Below the pieces are notes generated by a model. It made no database searches, had not been told where the DNA came from, and saw nothing but the letters and a program-made list of their open reading frames with translations. 64,000 bases of DNA. Source: Epiperipatus broadwayi. Taxonomy: Eukaryota > Animalia > Onychophora. Below, piece by piece: positions 1-11,579 of the stretch. The DNA lies in contig JAQFVV010000010.1 in NCBI GenBank assembly GCA_028023455.1, forward strand, positions 9,486,001-9,550,000, in the 5' to 3' direction. A program made the position numbers and the translations under genes. Position 1 is the first letter of the stretch; the number at the start of each line of letters is the position of its first letter.

Positions 1-279
1 GTGTGAATAAAGTTCCTTTGTGTATGAATCAGTTAGAGAGCAACATAGATATTTTTAAAAGTGGGATTACTAATTCTTTGACAATATGTTTAAGTTACCT
101 TCACTTTCTTAATATTTTCCAACTGTATAAATATAATTAACAATTTATTCTTACTTTTTAATTAGATAAGGTTGCAGACATTGAAAGAAGCCATTAGCAT
201 GGATACTTCTAAGATAATTTCAATTAATCAATTCTCTTCAACCAGGTCAAATTTCACATAGATTTATCAAATCTATATT

Positions 280-445
280 GATTAGAGGAGATCTGAGTCC
301 AGTCTTTCAAGCTCCCTTCAATCATTCACTCCATCTTATACAACAGATACACATGATCTCCAACATATATATTTTGTACTGACCCAGCACTCATCAGTTG
401 GTCTGGATCATCATCTCCCACACATATATATATATAATCAGTGCA
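280..445 (-). mobile_element. Hammerhead repeat family B, partial copy
   Basis: Minus strand CCAA-CTGATGA-GTGCTG ggt CAGTAC-AAAA-TATATATG-TTGG (358-402); homologous to 7260-7500, 8100-8345 and 8585-8750. Confidence 0.75.
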
Positions 446-3400
446 AACTTCAATGCACAGGTTTCTATCTTTATTATATTAAGTATGTAAAACAATCTTT
501 AAAATCATCCATTGCATATTGCAAAGATTTTCCCAGTAGTTTTCCATCTAGTAACAATGAAGAAAAGACCAATATCTCAATTGTTGGTGGTGAAATTTTT
601 AAATGATTTTCCATTCTTGTTTGTCCTCTAACTAAAAATAGGCATATAATAAATTACTATTTAAGATTGTATTATTAAGATTGTATTATTAATTCTAAAC
701 CTGTTAAAAAGGGGTCAAGTTTAATCTATCCAGATTTGAATCCAGATCAGATAGATGTCAGGTAGGTGCACCACTGTTGTACCATGAAACCTTTATGAAT
801 AAATGTAATAACTGTAGATAATTACTTAACAAATGTCTTCAGATCAGGCAACAAAAAACATTTGATCATTGCTTTTCCTATTAACATCAAACCGGAACTA
901 ATGAGTTATGTAATGATAGTCAGTAAGAAGTATTTTTTATGTCCATATTTATAACAAAATTTACACAATATTACGACACTCTCATTTCACTTCTGAAGTA
1001 GCACCGTTCTCCTTTTCAATACGAAAATCGTAAAGATTTGTCTGATCAAATTTTTGCCCTCTCTTTTTGCTATTACATTTATTTATTTATTTTACTTGGT
1101 ATAAAATATTGAAGTTCATTTATATATTTGCTTTTCAACTTTAAAAAAAACCCGGATAATATAAAAATTGATAATTTCCAAATATATCGGAATCATAATA
1201 AATTATTCCTAATAATTATTATTAGTTGCCAAATCTTGTAGATCATAGGAATATCATTGTGTCTAATCGTGAAATTTTCAATTTAATACATAGAAGTAGG
1301 CTATTAATTATTTTATCGACAATTGAAATGATAGATTATTGTCTCAGCTGGATCATTCCCACTATCATTCGCTATTGCTGCTCCTTTGTCAAGATACTAA
1401 AAGAATAAACAAATTATTTACTGTTTGGGATTCGTAAAGAATTTGAGTTCCAGAATTGGCCAATGAGTTATTGATCTTGAGCTCCAAAATTTGATTCTTT
1501 AAACGAATCAAGCCGAAGCAAAACGGAAGTAGAGAAAGGGCAGAAAGTATAGACACGTCTAATGAAAGTTTTAAAAGGAAGGACAACCTCCAGAAAAGGC
1601 TAAATGATCAAAGATTATTAAAAATTAGCAGTTAGACTGATAATGCGGTTTACATGTGTATTTTTATTATGAAATTTCGGAAGATTAAACTATATATTAC
1701 TTGTGCAAATTTTTTTTATATATATTGTGATTAGTTTTAAGCAATTTTATTTATCTGACAAAATGACTAATAAATTAAAAATTTAAATTTTATAAAAGAT
1801 TAATTAAGAATTTTATATAATATCAGAGTTTTTTTTTTAAAAAAAAAAAGCTAATGCAATATAAGAGGAGGATTTTAACACAAAGAATTTCAATTAAAAG
1901 TGAAGCAAAATTTTATTAAACCTGTAGGCTCGAATTTCATTCGTTTTTATTATTGTAATCTGATCCAACTAAACTGCTTTTGACAAACAAAAGTTTTTAT
2001 GAAGATTTAAACAAAGTTTTATTACTTTGAAGTTAAAAAAGAGTTAATGGTTATTATTATGGCTTGATCGCTGCTGTGAGGAGAGGAGCAGATACAATTG
2101 ACAATCAACACTGTTTTCTACTTTAGTTTTTTTTACTTTGCGAAAGTATGACTTAAATAACAACATTTCCATTGTGTTCCAAAATTTTATTTATTTAAAG
2201 CATAATAAATAAAAAACAATAGTGAATAGTTCTTTTTAAAAAAAAAAAAACATTGTTTGTTAATGAACTTAAAAACTAAGACTGCAATTTAAAGTCATTG
2301 CAGCAAAAGGATGATTTATAACATGACTGAGTTAATGGTGCTCTGAATTGTTTATCCAATGGTGATGGTGCCAATCTTAAGAGGTAAAGCTTTTCAACTG
2401 AGTTAAGCACTATTTTATTCAGCTTACTATTGCTCTGGACTTAAATAATCCTTCTTGCACTGTTATGCTGAAATAGTATTAGCAATAGCTGCAACTGGAC
2501 AATAATATACAAGTCTTTTAATAAAATGCTTCATCTTTTATATTTAGAAATTTATAATTATGTTTCTCATTTCTATGTGAGACTATAAAGAACAGATAAT
2601 ACGTTATTAGTTGATTTGGCAAAAATATCAATATTAAACATGTTTTGCATTCATAACTGTAGTTTAGCCCAATAATAAGTATAAATTACAAAATATTTCC
2701 TTTAATATCCTAGTTTCTGAAGCTAAAACCCATTATATTACCCTTCCTTTATTAATAATTTTATTAATATAGTTGTATGAAAATCAGCAAAAATGTTATT
2801 TAAATGATGTCTAGATTGAGATTTTACAAACTTTAATGTCATATCTTTAAGGGCTTACTTAAAATTCATTTGTCTTCAACAAAAAACTACTAAATTACAG
2901 TGTGTTTCTAAATGTAATCCATGTACATATGTTTTTTTTATGTGATTTGAAAGATTATTTTGATTTTACAAAGTCCTTTGGAAAAGGTAAAATAACCTAT
3001 TACAGCTTTCCACCAATCTCATCAAAATTTATAATATTGAAGCATTTAAGAATTAAGGGTTGTATTGATACAAACACTATAAAATACCAAAAATAATTTC
3101 CTATAAAATATAACTTCTGGATAATCTATCTTTTTTTGTTCTATTTATAATCTTTTTTTCCTCTAAAAAATCTTATTTATAATTGCCCAATATAAGTATT
3201 ATTAAGATTACTATTCAAAATAAGGTTGATATTATATGATATTACATGCTTTGATTTTCAGTGATAGCCATTTGTTAATGTTTACTTTCTAATTAAAATA
3301 ATAAATGGAGCAAATATTTTTATAATTAGCAAAGATATTTTTCAAAACATAAGATGCAAATATTAGAGGCAAATTGTAAAATGTAGCTGACCTAACATCA

Positions 3401-3949
3401 AATAAATAATTAAATCACCAAGTATGATAAATCTAAATACTTATAAATTATTGAATTGTGTGAAGAAAAAAAGATTTTATCATATAAAAATAATATATTT
3501 TACAGCTAAATTATAAACTTTAATGAGTTAATACACATACAGCCTATGTGTGCATATATATTAGAGTGAAGATTTTTCTGATAAAATATAGTTATGTAGA
3601 TAAAGCTAAAATATATGTTCAACATATATTTATATATAGAAATTATATAATCCAGGGGTCGTTTTTTAATATAGGATACAAATTAAATTAAAATAATTAA
3701 AGTTTATGATGTGGCATTTTACTGGTAATTAAAGGGTGGGTTTTTTTTCCATCATTTAATTGTTACATGTCTTAGAAAAAAATCAAACTTTATTTATAGT
3801 TTTCTAAGTATAATTAAGAGCCTTCCATGGCAAAATCAAAACTACATTTATAGAAAGCACACATATAGAACAATATTTGGTATATATAATGATTACAGGA
3901 ACCCAAAAAGTGATACAAAAAAGTTTGTCCAAAAGTCAATAATGTGGCA

Positions 3950-5643
3950 ACTACATCTGACATTCAAAATTCAGGTCAATGGCAGATATATATGAATTGT
4001 ATTGAAAAATATATGCTGATGAAAGGGATTATAGATGATAAACTATAAGTACCAATGCTATTGCTGATTTCTAGTAAAGATATCTTGAATAATAGCAAAT
4101 CATTTATGTGGCCTCAAGCTGCCTGAAGAAATACCCTATTAACTAAATACATATTTTAAACCCATAATGTCGATATTTACAACATGTCTTCATAAAATGA
4201 AAATACGCAACTGTGATTTGATCCTACAGACATTAGAAAAGAATTGTGCATTCAAGAATTTTATTGACAGTACGCTGCTATATCAATTACTATGGGGAAT
4301 ATGAGACAAAGTTTAGAGAAATATTACTAAGCAAGAAGATCTTAATGTACAAGATTACTACTGAACGGTCATTAACTTATAAAGTTATGGTAGATCATAT
4401 GCAAACTTTTAAAAATATGAGAATTCAATTCTTCAGAAGCTAAAATAAATGTGGCAAAACCATGAGAGAAATGAATAAAAAATTTAAAAAGAACGATTGC
4501 TGATGTGGGGAAACAGGACATTTAAAAGTTAACTGCATGTTTAAAACAAAAAGAGGCTTCAGTTGCAGACTTAAGGGTGATTTATCAAAGTTATGCAAAT
4601 GATAAATGGCAAAGCAGGATTTATAACAAAAACGTAAAATGTGAGGAGTGTCTAAAAAGTTGATATTTATAAATAAATTGGAAGATATTGATGATATGCT
4701 AAATTAAACAAAATCTTTGATCAAAATGTATAAATGGAGATTGATAGCAGGACAGACATATCATTAATATTATGAAAAGACTGGAATTTGATTCATAAAA
4801 AGAAAAGTGTATATGATAAATTGAAAAAGTCTACAGTAATTGTATCAGTGGTAAATGGAAACTATATAAAAATTAAAGAAATGATTACAGTGCCTGTAGG
4901 AGGAAATAGCCATACTAAACAATTACTATTATACATGATGGAATGAAATATTAACCCAATATTAGGATGAAGTTAGTTTAAATCTTTCAGCATAAGTGGT
5001 GAATTTGATAAACTGGATACAGTAAAAATGAAGTGTTACTTCTGTAATAAGAAAGATCATATTAAAAAACTTGTTATTTTAAAATGTACAAGTGCCATAT
5101 CTGTCAATTGACAGACCATTTGTTAATGATCTGTAATAAAAACTGTCAAACATCTTAAATTGACTTCCCATCGAATAGTAAATCAAGAAGAGAAGCAGAC
5201 AAAAATGCTTGAAAGTCACATACACATGAATTAAAAGGTATAGATGTATTAAAATTTATATGTAAACAAATATTTAAGATTAAGTTAGAAGTCATCAGAA
5301 ATATATCAAAGAATACAGAACCATTGGAAGATATAGTGGCCATTCCTAACTCGGAGAAGAAAAGTCAGACTGATATTTATGATGAAACAGAAGTAAAAAC
5401 TCCCATTAGCTTTCCTGTTCAAGAAGAAAACTCTGAAGTCAGTACTGAAGAAGAAGAAATTATAACAAGGCCTGATGAAGAAATTTGGAACCTCAACAAG
5501 GCTTAGACCTATTCAAGAGAGGAAAAGACTGATTAAGTTTCTAGACTATATAACAAATAGAACTGGGTACATTGTAAATAAAATGAGAACCAGAAATGTT
5601 ATTTGTCTATAATTTTCTGCATTTTCTGGAATAGAGGGAGGAA
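3950..5643 (+). mobile_element. Decayed Ty3/gypsy-type LTR retrotransposon internal region (gag, zinc knuckle, protease; RT/RH/IN missing)
   Basis: Frameshifted gag-like LEKNCAFKNFIDSTLLYQLLWGI; CCHC-like C*CGETGHLKVNC (about 4497-4540); protease-like MEIDSRTDISLI (about 4733-4770) and PILG; polypurine tract AGAGGGAGGAA at 5633-5643. Confidence 0.7.
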
Positions 5644-6125
5644 TGCTATGTACACACACAGATATATATATATTCAAGATAAATAAAAGTGTGTGCATGT
5701 AAGCTTTTAACATCAATATGTAAAATTACTTCAGAAAAGAAACAGCTAATTAAGTATGCAGAGAGGAATAAAGCTTACTGGAAATAGTAATGAAAGTTAT
5801 TTTATGCAAATTAACAAAAGTCATAAAAGAATCTGCAGAAAAATTAAGCAGTGTGCAAGAGCAGTTGCCTAATGGTGTAAAGTGAAAGTCAAGTCATATA
5901 TCAAATGTGCAATGATGTCAATCAGTGTCAAGTGTGTCTAATGATGACACAGGAAGAACAAAAAGTAAACTAGTGGAAAGTTAAACCAGTAAAAGTAGAG
6001 TTATTCTGATATAAATAAAGAAGAGCTATAGTTCATGAAACTATTTAGACTATGTCTATCATAATGTATGTGAGCAATAAAGTGCTTGTTAAATAAAGAG
6101 ACTTTAAATATATATAAATCTCTCA
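5644..6125 (+). repeat. Putative 3' LTR of the gypsy remnant
   Basis: Starts TG immediately after the PPT, has AATAAA near its end and ends in CA; no matching 5' LTR recognised, so the end point is tentative. Confidence 0.5.
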
Positions 6126-6220
6126 GGAAATAATGAACTTTAAGGAGATCAAAGTGATCTTACATTCAACTAGGAAATTGAACTACTAACTATCATACTA
6201 ATATCATTATTATTATTAAA

Positions 6221-6727
6221 GCAGGCAAAACTCTCCATACAGTAGTGCCACCCTGTGCCAAACAAAGTAATCAATGGATGCAGAAGGCTTGTGCATAAAA
6301 TCCCTGTCTAGAGCTTACTCATCCAATATCCTCAGACTAGTTTCTATTTTGTGGTGTCAGTGAGGAGCCTATGCTCTGAGAGCACTGCACCTAGATCTTA
6401 GGATCTAATACAATTCTCCAGCAGCCACCTTTTTTCTCTACTTAACTACAAAACTATGAGAATAACATTGAAAACACAATAATATTTTCAATCCAAGCTC
6501 ATTACGTGCAATGCTCTAAGATCCAAGGCTCCTCACTGACAAAATCCACAATCTAGAAACTAGTCTGGGGATATTTGATGAGTATGCACTAGATAGGGAT
6601 TTTATGTACAAACTTTCTGGCATCTATTGATTATTCTGATTTAAACTGAGTGGCACTACTGTATGGAGAGTTTTGCCTGTTTTACTAACAGTTATGAGCA
6701 AGCATAAGAAATGGTGATCATGTGATC
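6221..6727. mobile_element. Hammerhead repeat family A, fold-back copy
   Basis: AGGCAAAACTCTCCATACAGTAGTGCCAC... arm inverted against ...GTGGCACTACTGTATGGAGAGTTTTGCCT; degenerate core CTGACAA...AGAAACTAGTCTGGGG at about 6535-6570. Confidence 0.85.
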
Positions 6728-7259
6728 ATTATTATTATTATTATTCAGAGTAAATAAACTTTTGAAGTTTTTTTAAATTTGTGTTCAGTTTTTTGTTCAA
6801 CAGCATATATATATATATATTCACCTGCCAACTGACTATTTTAAAATAAATCAGTATTTTAGATATTTGAGAGTTCATGTTTTGACACACATATAGTTTG
6901 ATAGCATATGATAAGAAATAAATGAAGGATATGCATTTAAATAGTTATTAAACTATGAAAGAGATTAACAGAAATTATATAAAAGAAATTTTAAAGTTAA
7001 GGTAAACTATATAAAGATAAATAAATTTAGTGGGAATGTTTTTAATATTTAATAAATGCATTTTCTTGTTAAACAACTTAAAAAATTACTTATGCTTATT
7101 AGAATTGGAGTTAAACAAATGTCTATGATTTAATATACTAAAAAAATATTAGGCATTTATCACAAAGCTTGTAGAGGAATTGGCAATCCTCATTGTTTAT
7201 AACTTACAAGCTTAAGAGATAGGGTCATGTGATCTATGACTCTTATTTTGACTAAATTA

Positions 7260-7560
7260 TTAGGATATTTGAACTCAGACTTTCAACCTCCCATTAGTCA
7301 TCCACCTCATCTCATACAACTGGTACACATGGCCACATACATGTGGAAAAGATAAATGATTTCCATTATAAATAATTCATGCTGAAACAGCATTCATCAG
7401 TTGGTCTGGATCATCATCTCCCACAGATATATATATATAATCAGTGCTCGGTTTATAATAAGATAGCAAATCTTCAAACTTTATTGGATGGGAATCAATC
7501 TCAGTCGTAGAACATAGAGTGGATGACTAAAGGAAAGTCTGAGTTCACATACCCTCTAAT
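7260..7560 (-). mobile_element. Hammerhead repeat family B copy with inverted terminal fragment
   Basis: Minus strand CCAA-CTGATGA-ATGCTG ttt CAGCAT-GAAT (7375-7404); about 7515-7555 is the reverse complement of about 7262-7310. Confidence 0.75.
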
Positions 7561-8099
7561 TACATTTAGCTTAAGTATATATACTATACTTGTATTTAAA
7601 TAAAGAAGTTATATTCATTTTATCAAGAAATTAAGCTTGAAGCATTAAAATGTTAAAAATGTTCTTCCAAATACCTGTTAACCACCTAATTTTATGAAAA
7701 CTGCTTCATTTTTAAAAGTAATTTGCATTAGCAAAAGAAATATGGCTCTTTAACAAACAGACTTTAAATTTTTTTCATGGTTTTTAACAGAAATTCAATT
7801 AAATTTAATCTATTGCTAAATCATGATTAATGAGTGGAAAAGTATTGGTTCAGAACAATTAAAGCATTTGTAATATTTAATAGAAATGATGTAATTAAAA
7901 GCATTTAGGTTTTAATATAATTTATTATATTTAATATAATTATGTAAGAAGATATAAATAAATCGAGATTTTGTAGCTACTTTGAAGTAACAATTTTTAA
8001 AATGATATAAAATCATGTCGTTTATTTTATAAACTATTTATTCATTCATAATATAACTGTAGTAACAGTAATTAGAATTAAAAATAGTGTAATTTTTTA

Positions 8100-8345
8100 T
8101 ATATAGGATATAGGGGCACAGACTTTCACACAACCCACCACTCTCCACACTATCTCATAACACTGATGTACTTGAACACATATGTTGAAAAGATAAATAA
8201 TCACCAATATATGTATTTCATGCTAAACCAGCAATCATCAGTTGGTCCAGATTACCATCTCTACACATATATGCTATAAGTGCTCAGATATATATTAAGA
8301 TAGCCAAACCTTATACTTTAATGGATAGGCTTCAATCTACTCCAC
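8100..8345 (-). mobile_element. Hammerhead repeat family B, most complete monomer
   Basis: High similarity to 8585-8750 and 7260-7500; contains an intact hammerhead core. Confidence 0.8.
8200..8250 (-). ncRNA. Type I hammerhead ribozyme (family B)
   Basis: ACCAA-CUGAUGA-UUGCUG guu UAGCAU-GAAA-UACAU-AUA/UUGGU: complete core, 5-bp stem I, AUA cleavage triplet, short near-palindromic stem III; U.U at the base of stem II. Confidence 0.7.
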
Positions 8346-8516
8346 ACTCCAACTCTTCAACCGTCCATCCAATCGAAAATTTGATGATGGAACGCTCAAA
8401 GGCCACCCTGAGGCCGAGATTCTTGTCATACCCATGTTGACCTAAGGTCAATCTAACTCCTCATATACAGGACATAATCCATTTAATACATATACAAGGG
8501 ATGGGCAGACATCTCT

Positions 8517-8819
8517 ATTATGAAATAACTGAAACACACAGGCTTATTATATACCTGTGTTTATATATGTAATATATAGGGTATATGAGCACAGACTTTC
8601 ACACAACCCACCACTTTCCACACCATCTCATAACACTGATACACTTGAACACATATATGTTGAAAAGATAAATAATCACCAACATACTATTTCATGCTAA
8701 ACCAGAAATCATCAGTTGGTCCAGATTACCATCTTTACACATATATGCTATATACCCTATATATTACATATATAAACACAGGTATATAATAAGCCTGTGT
8801 GTTTCAGTTATTTTATAAT
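8517..8819. mobile_element. Family B fold-back: 69-bp inverted arms around a hammerhead-containing segment
   Basis: 8517-8585 versus 8751-8819 are reverse complements with 1 mismatch; hammerhead-like core on the minus strand at 8677-8722. Confidence 0.85.
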
Positions 8820-9091
8820 TTTTTATGTAAATATATAAATTTTTATAGAGAAAGATTTTTTATTTTTTAAAAAAACGCTACAAAAATTCAACTAATCAAT
8901 ACATATATAAATAATGAAATTTAACTAAAACTAATATATATATATATAACGAAAAATAAGTATCTAAATGTTTAATTTGCTATTAAATATTTTAGGCAAA
9001 AACTTTTTTTTTCTTTACAAATTTGAGTTATGTATAAATTTGCAAAAATAAAATTAGCATAAAATATTGTTACATAAGAAAAAAATGTTAC

Positions 9092-9173
9092 CACTGGGCG
9101 ATGCACATCCCAAAAAGCTCTTTCTTGACTATCCAATACTTTCCTCTCTAATTTATCTCTTTTTTTATCAACT
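9092..9173 (-). CDS. RGS7: RGS7/RGS6-family coding exon (82 bp, DHEX region)
   Basis: ctccttttgcag|AGTTGAT...CCAGTG|gtaaca; translates (K)[27 protein letters not shown]; phase 2 start fits the previous exon. The expected next exon (PGCVNTTE..) was not found in 1-9091. Confidence 0.97.
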
Positions 9174-9783
9174 CTGCAAAAGGAGTAAAAAAAAAAATAA
9201 TTATAAGTTAAACAGATTAAAAAGTGAAAAATAACTTATTGAATTTATTTGCTTAATTTTATTCTTGAAGACAAATTTTATTTCGTTTACTTTCATATTC
9301 TATTAAAAAGATGCAAACATGTCAATCATTGAAAAACTATGACTTTTCATAAAAAACATACAAATTCTAAAAAATAGAGCTTTTTAACACAGCAGTTAGC
9401 ATATCCATCTGCCATATTCATGAAATGGAATTTTAATCTATTATAAAACTTGGAAAATTTTCAGATGCAAAGCAAATTTAGAATTTTTAAAATTCTAACA
9501 AGATACTCATCCAATTACTAGTTAGTAAATAGATATATAGATTTTTTAAAATCAGTGATTAAAATAAAGGGAAAACATAAGCTCTCACCACTCTTGATTT
9601 AAATAACCTAATGAATATTGTCTTACTGTTTTTTTCTAAAGCAATGCTAGAGAAGCCTAGTGGAGAATTTTTAATATTTATGGTACTTACTGGGATTAGT
9701 GAACAAAAACTTAACAGAAGAAAGAAAATTGGATTGATTATATTAGGAGAGGAAAATATTTTGAAGAATACATTAAATATATA

Positions 9784-10820
9784 CACCTGGGTCTCATTAT
9801 ATGCGATAGAAAGATTCCTCAGAAAACACGCGCAAACGAAATCACGCAAAAATAGATGTAACTTACATTGAAAAAGGGGGGATGTGGTCTGTGATTTTTC
9901 AAAATTTGCGTAAAAGCAAAGCACCAACGTAAAATTACTTTAAAATTCGCGCAAAAAAAAAAAATAAGGAAATAAAATATGACTAATAAAAAATTTCAAA
10001 TTTGAAAAAAATTGATACAAGTCAAACTTTTTTTAACTATAATATTTAATTTTATTCAAAATAATATATTTTTATGCATAATTTACAGTACAGTAATTTA
10101 CATTTTTTATACATGTTTTAATTATTGCCAAAAAACACGTTCGTTTGCAAACAACTAGCACCAACTTCATACTCATGTTGGGTCAATGGTTTTCTGGTGA
10201 CAACGTAATTAGTAATTAATCTTTGAGACGATTTTATTAATTGTTTATGAAACTAACAACTAAAAATTAAATTCTTATTTTTGTCTTTAATTTTCAATTC
10301 CGTTTAAAAATCAAATTTCACATCACATTAATTTCAAGTCGCCGTAAGTAATTTTTAAATTGTTAATTACAATTAAAAATCAGATTTTAATTTTTAATTG
10401 TCAAATTTAATTGTGCCCACTGCTATTACTGATCTTTCAAAAATAAACTTGTGGACACTAAATGATTAATAATTGATTACGTTTTTTTAAAAAGCAAAAA
10501 CAGAATGTGATTTAAAATGCAAAATTAACACACACAATGTTTGAACAAATTTACATTATAATCTTGTAAAATTTAATGTGTGTATACATAAAATGTGGAA
10601 ATCATGATTTTAATTTCATTATTGCATAAAATCTTACTATTATAAAGCACTGAAAATATTGAAATTACTAAGATGAAAGTCGAATTCCAATAATGTGCTA
10701 TTGTGCAAAATTAATAATTTAAAGTAATAGCGCATTATCGGAGTTCGACTTCCGGTGAAATACGAATCGCATAACTTCAAAATCGTGTTAAATAAGTCCG
10801 CGTAAAAAGAGACCCAGGCG
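9784..10820. mobile_element. Non-autonomous Tc1/mariner-superfamily (pogo/Tigger-like) element / MITE
   Basis: TA|CACCTGGGTCTCattatatgcg ... cgcgtaaaaaGAGACCCAGGCG|TA: imperfect TIRs with TA TSD; repeated subterminal CGCG(T/C)AAAA motifs; no transposase recognised. Confidence 0.7.
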
Positions 10821-11579
10821 TATATATATAATAGGAAATAGAAGTATATACAGAAAAAGATCTATGACTTATACCAAAAGTAATGGTCACTATAATGAAG
10901 AATGTATCAGCTTAAAAATGGACAAGATTTATAAAAATCAATAACTCATAAAACAGAAAATATGTTTATTTATAAAACAAATTATAACAACAAAAATATA
11001 TGAAAAAATTTCGAATATGTATTTTGAAATCCTATAAATCATACTTTATTAATTTTATTAGTAAGTTGTTTTTTTAATCCCCCTTTTAATATCTTAATCT
11101 GATCATTTTGTTATTTTTTAAAAATCAAATTAAATGAATTAATATTACTTTTACTGTGTTAGTGTTAAATTTATTGCTACTATTAATAATAAATCTGCAA
11201 TAAACATATTTTAGGACCCAAACTAGAGGTACCTGAAATGATTATAAGAAAATGTAGATAAGATAACTATAAGTTATTCATGAAATAATAATGCCATATT
11301 CTTTAAATTATAGAAACAAATGGATTTCATTTTAAATTAATTTTTGTGAATTCTTTAATATGGAATTTGAATTCACGTCACTTGCAAAACATCCCACTAG
11401 TAAAATAAATGAAGTATATTGTATTAAATTTATTCCAGAAGTATGTAAATCATTAGAAAATAATAGCAATTCTTTGTAAAGCTCCACATTATACAGTTCA
11501 ATGAATATTGGTTATTTATATTTTGATAAAAGTATAGGCAATGTAAATCTACATATGTTAATTTTAATTCATATTTTGC

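Noticed and set aside
6825-6835. 11-bp minus-strand microexon candidate (also 13 bp at 63669-63681)
   Set aside because: Not multiples of three, incompatible with RGS7 phases, and such AG..GT pairs are common by chance.
8385-8430. GGCC-accctga-GGCC-GAGA hairpin resembling hammerhead stem II
   Set aside because: Both core boxes are degenerate (CTCAAA, GAGA) and no stem I is evident.
9559-9927. 122-aa and 86-aa ORFs on opposite strands
   Set aside because: They straddle the MITE boundary, are compositionally biased and match no family I recognise.
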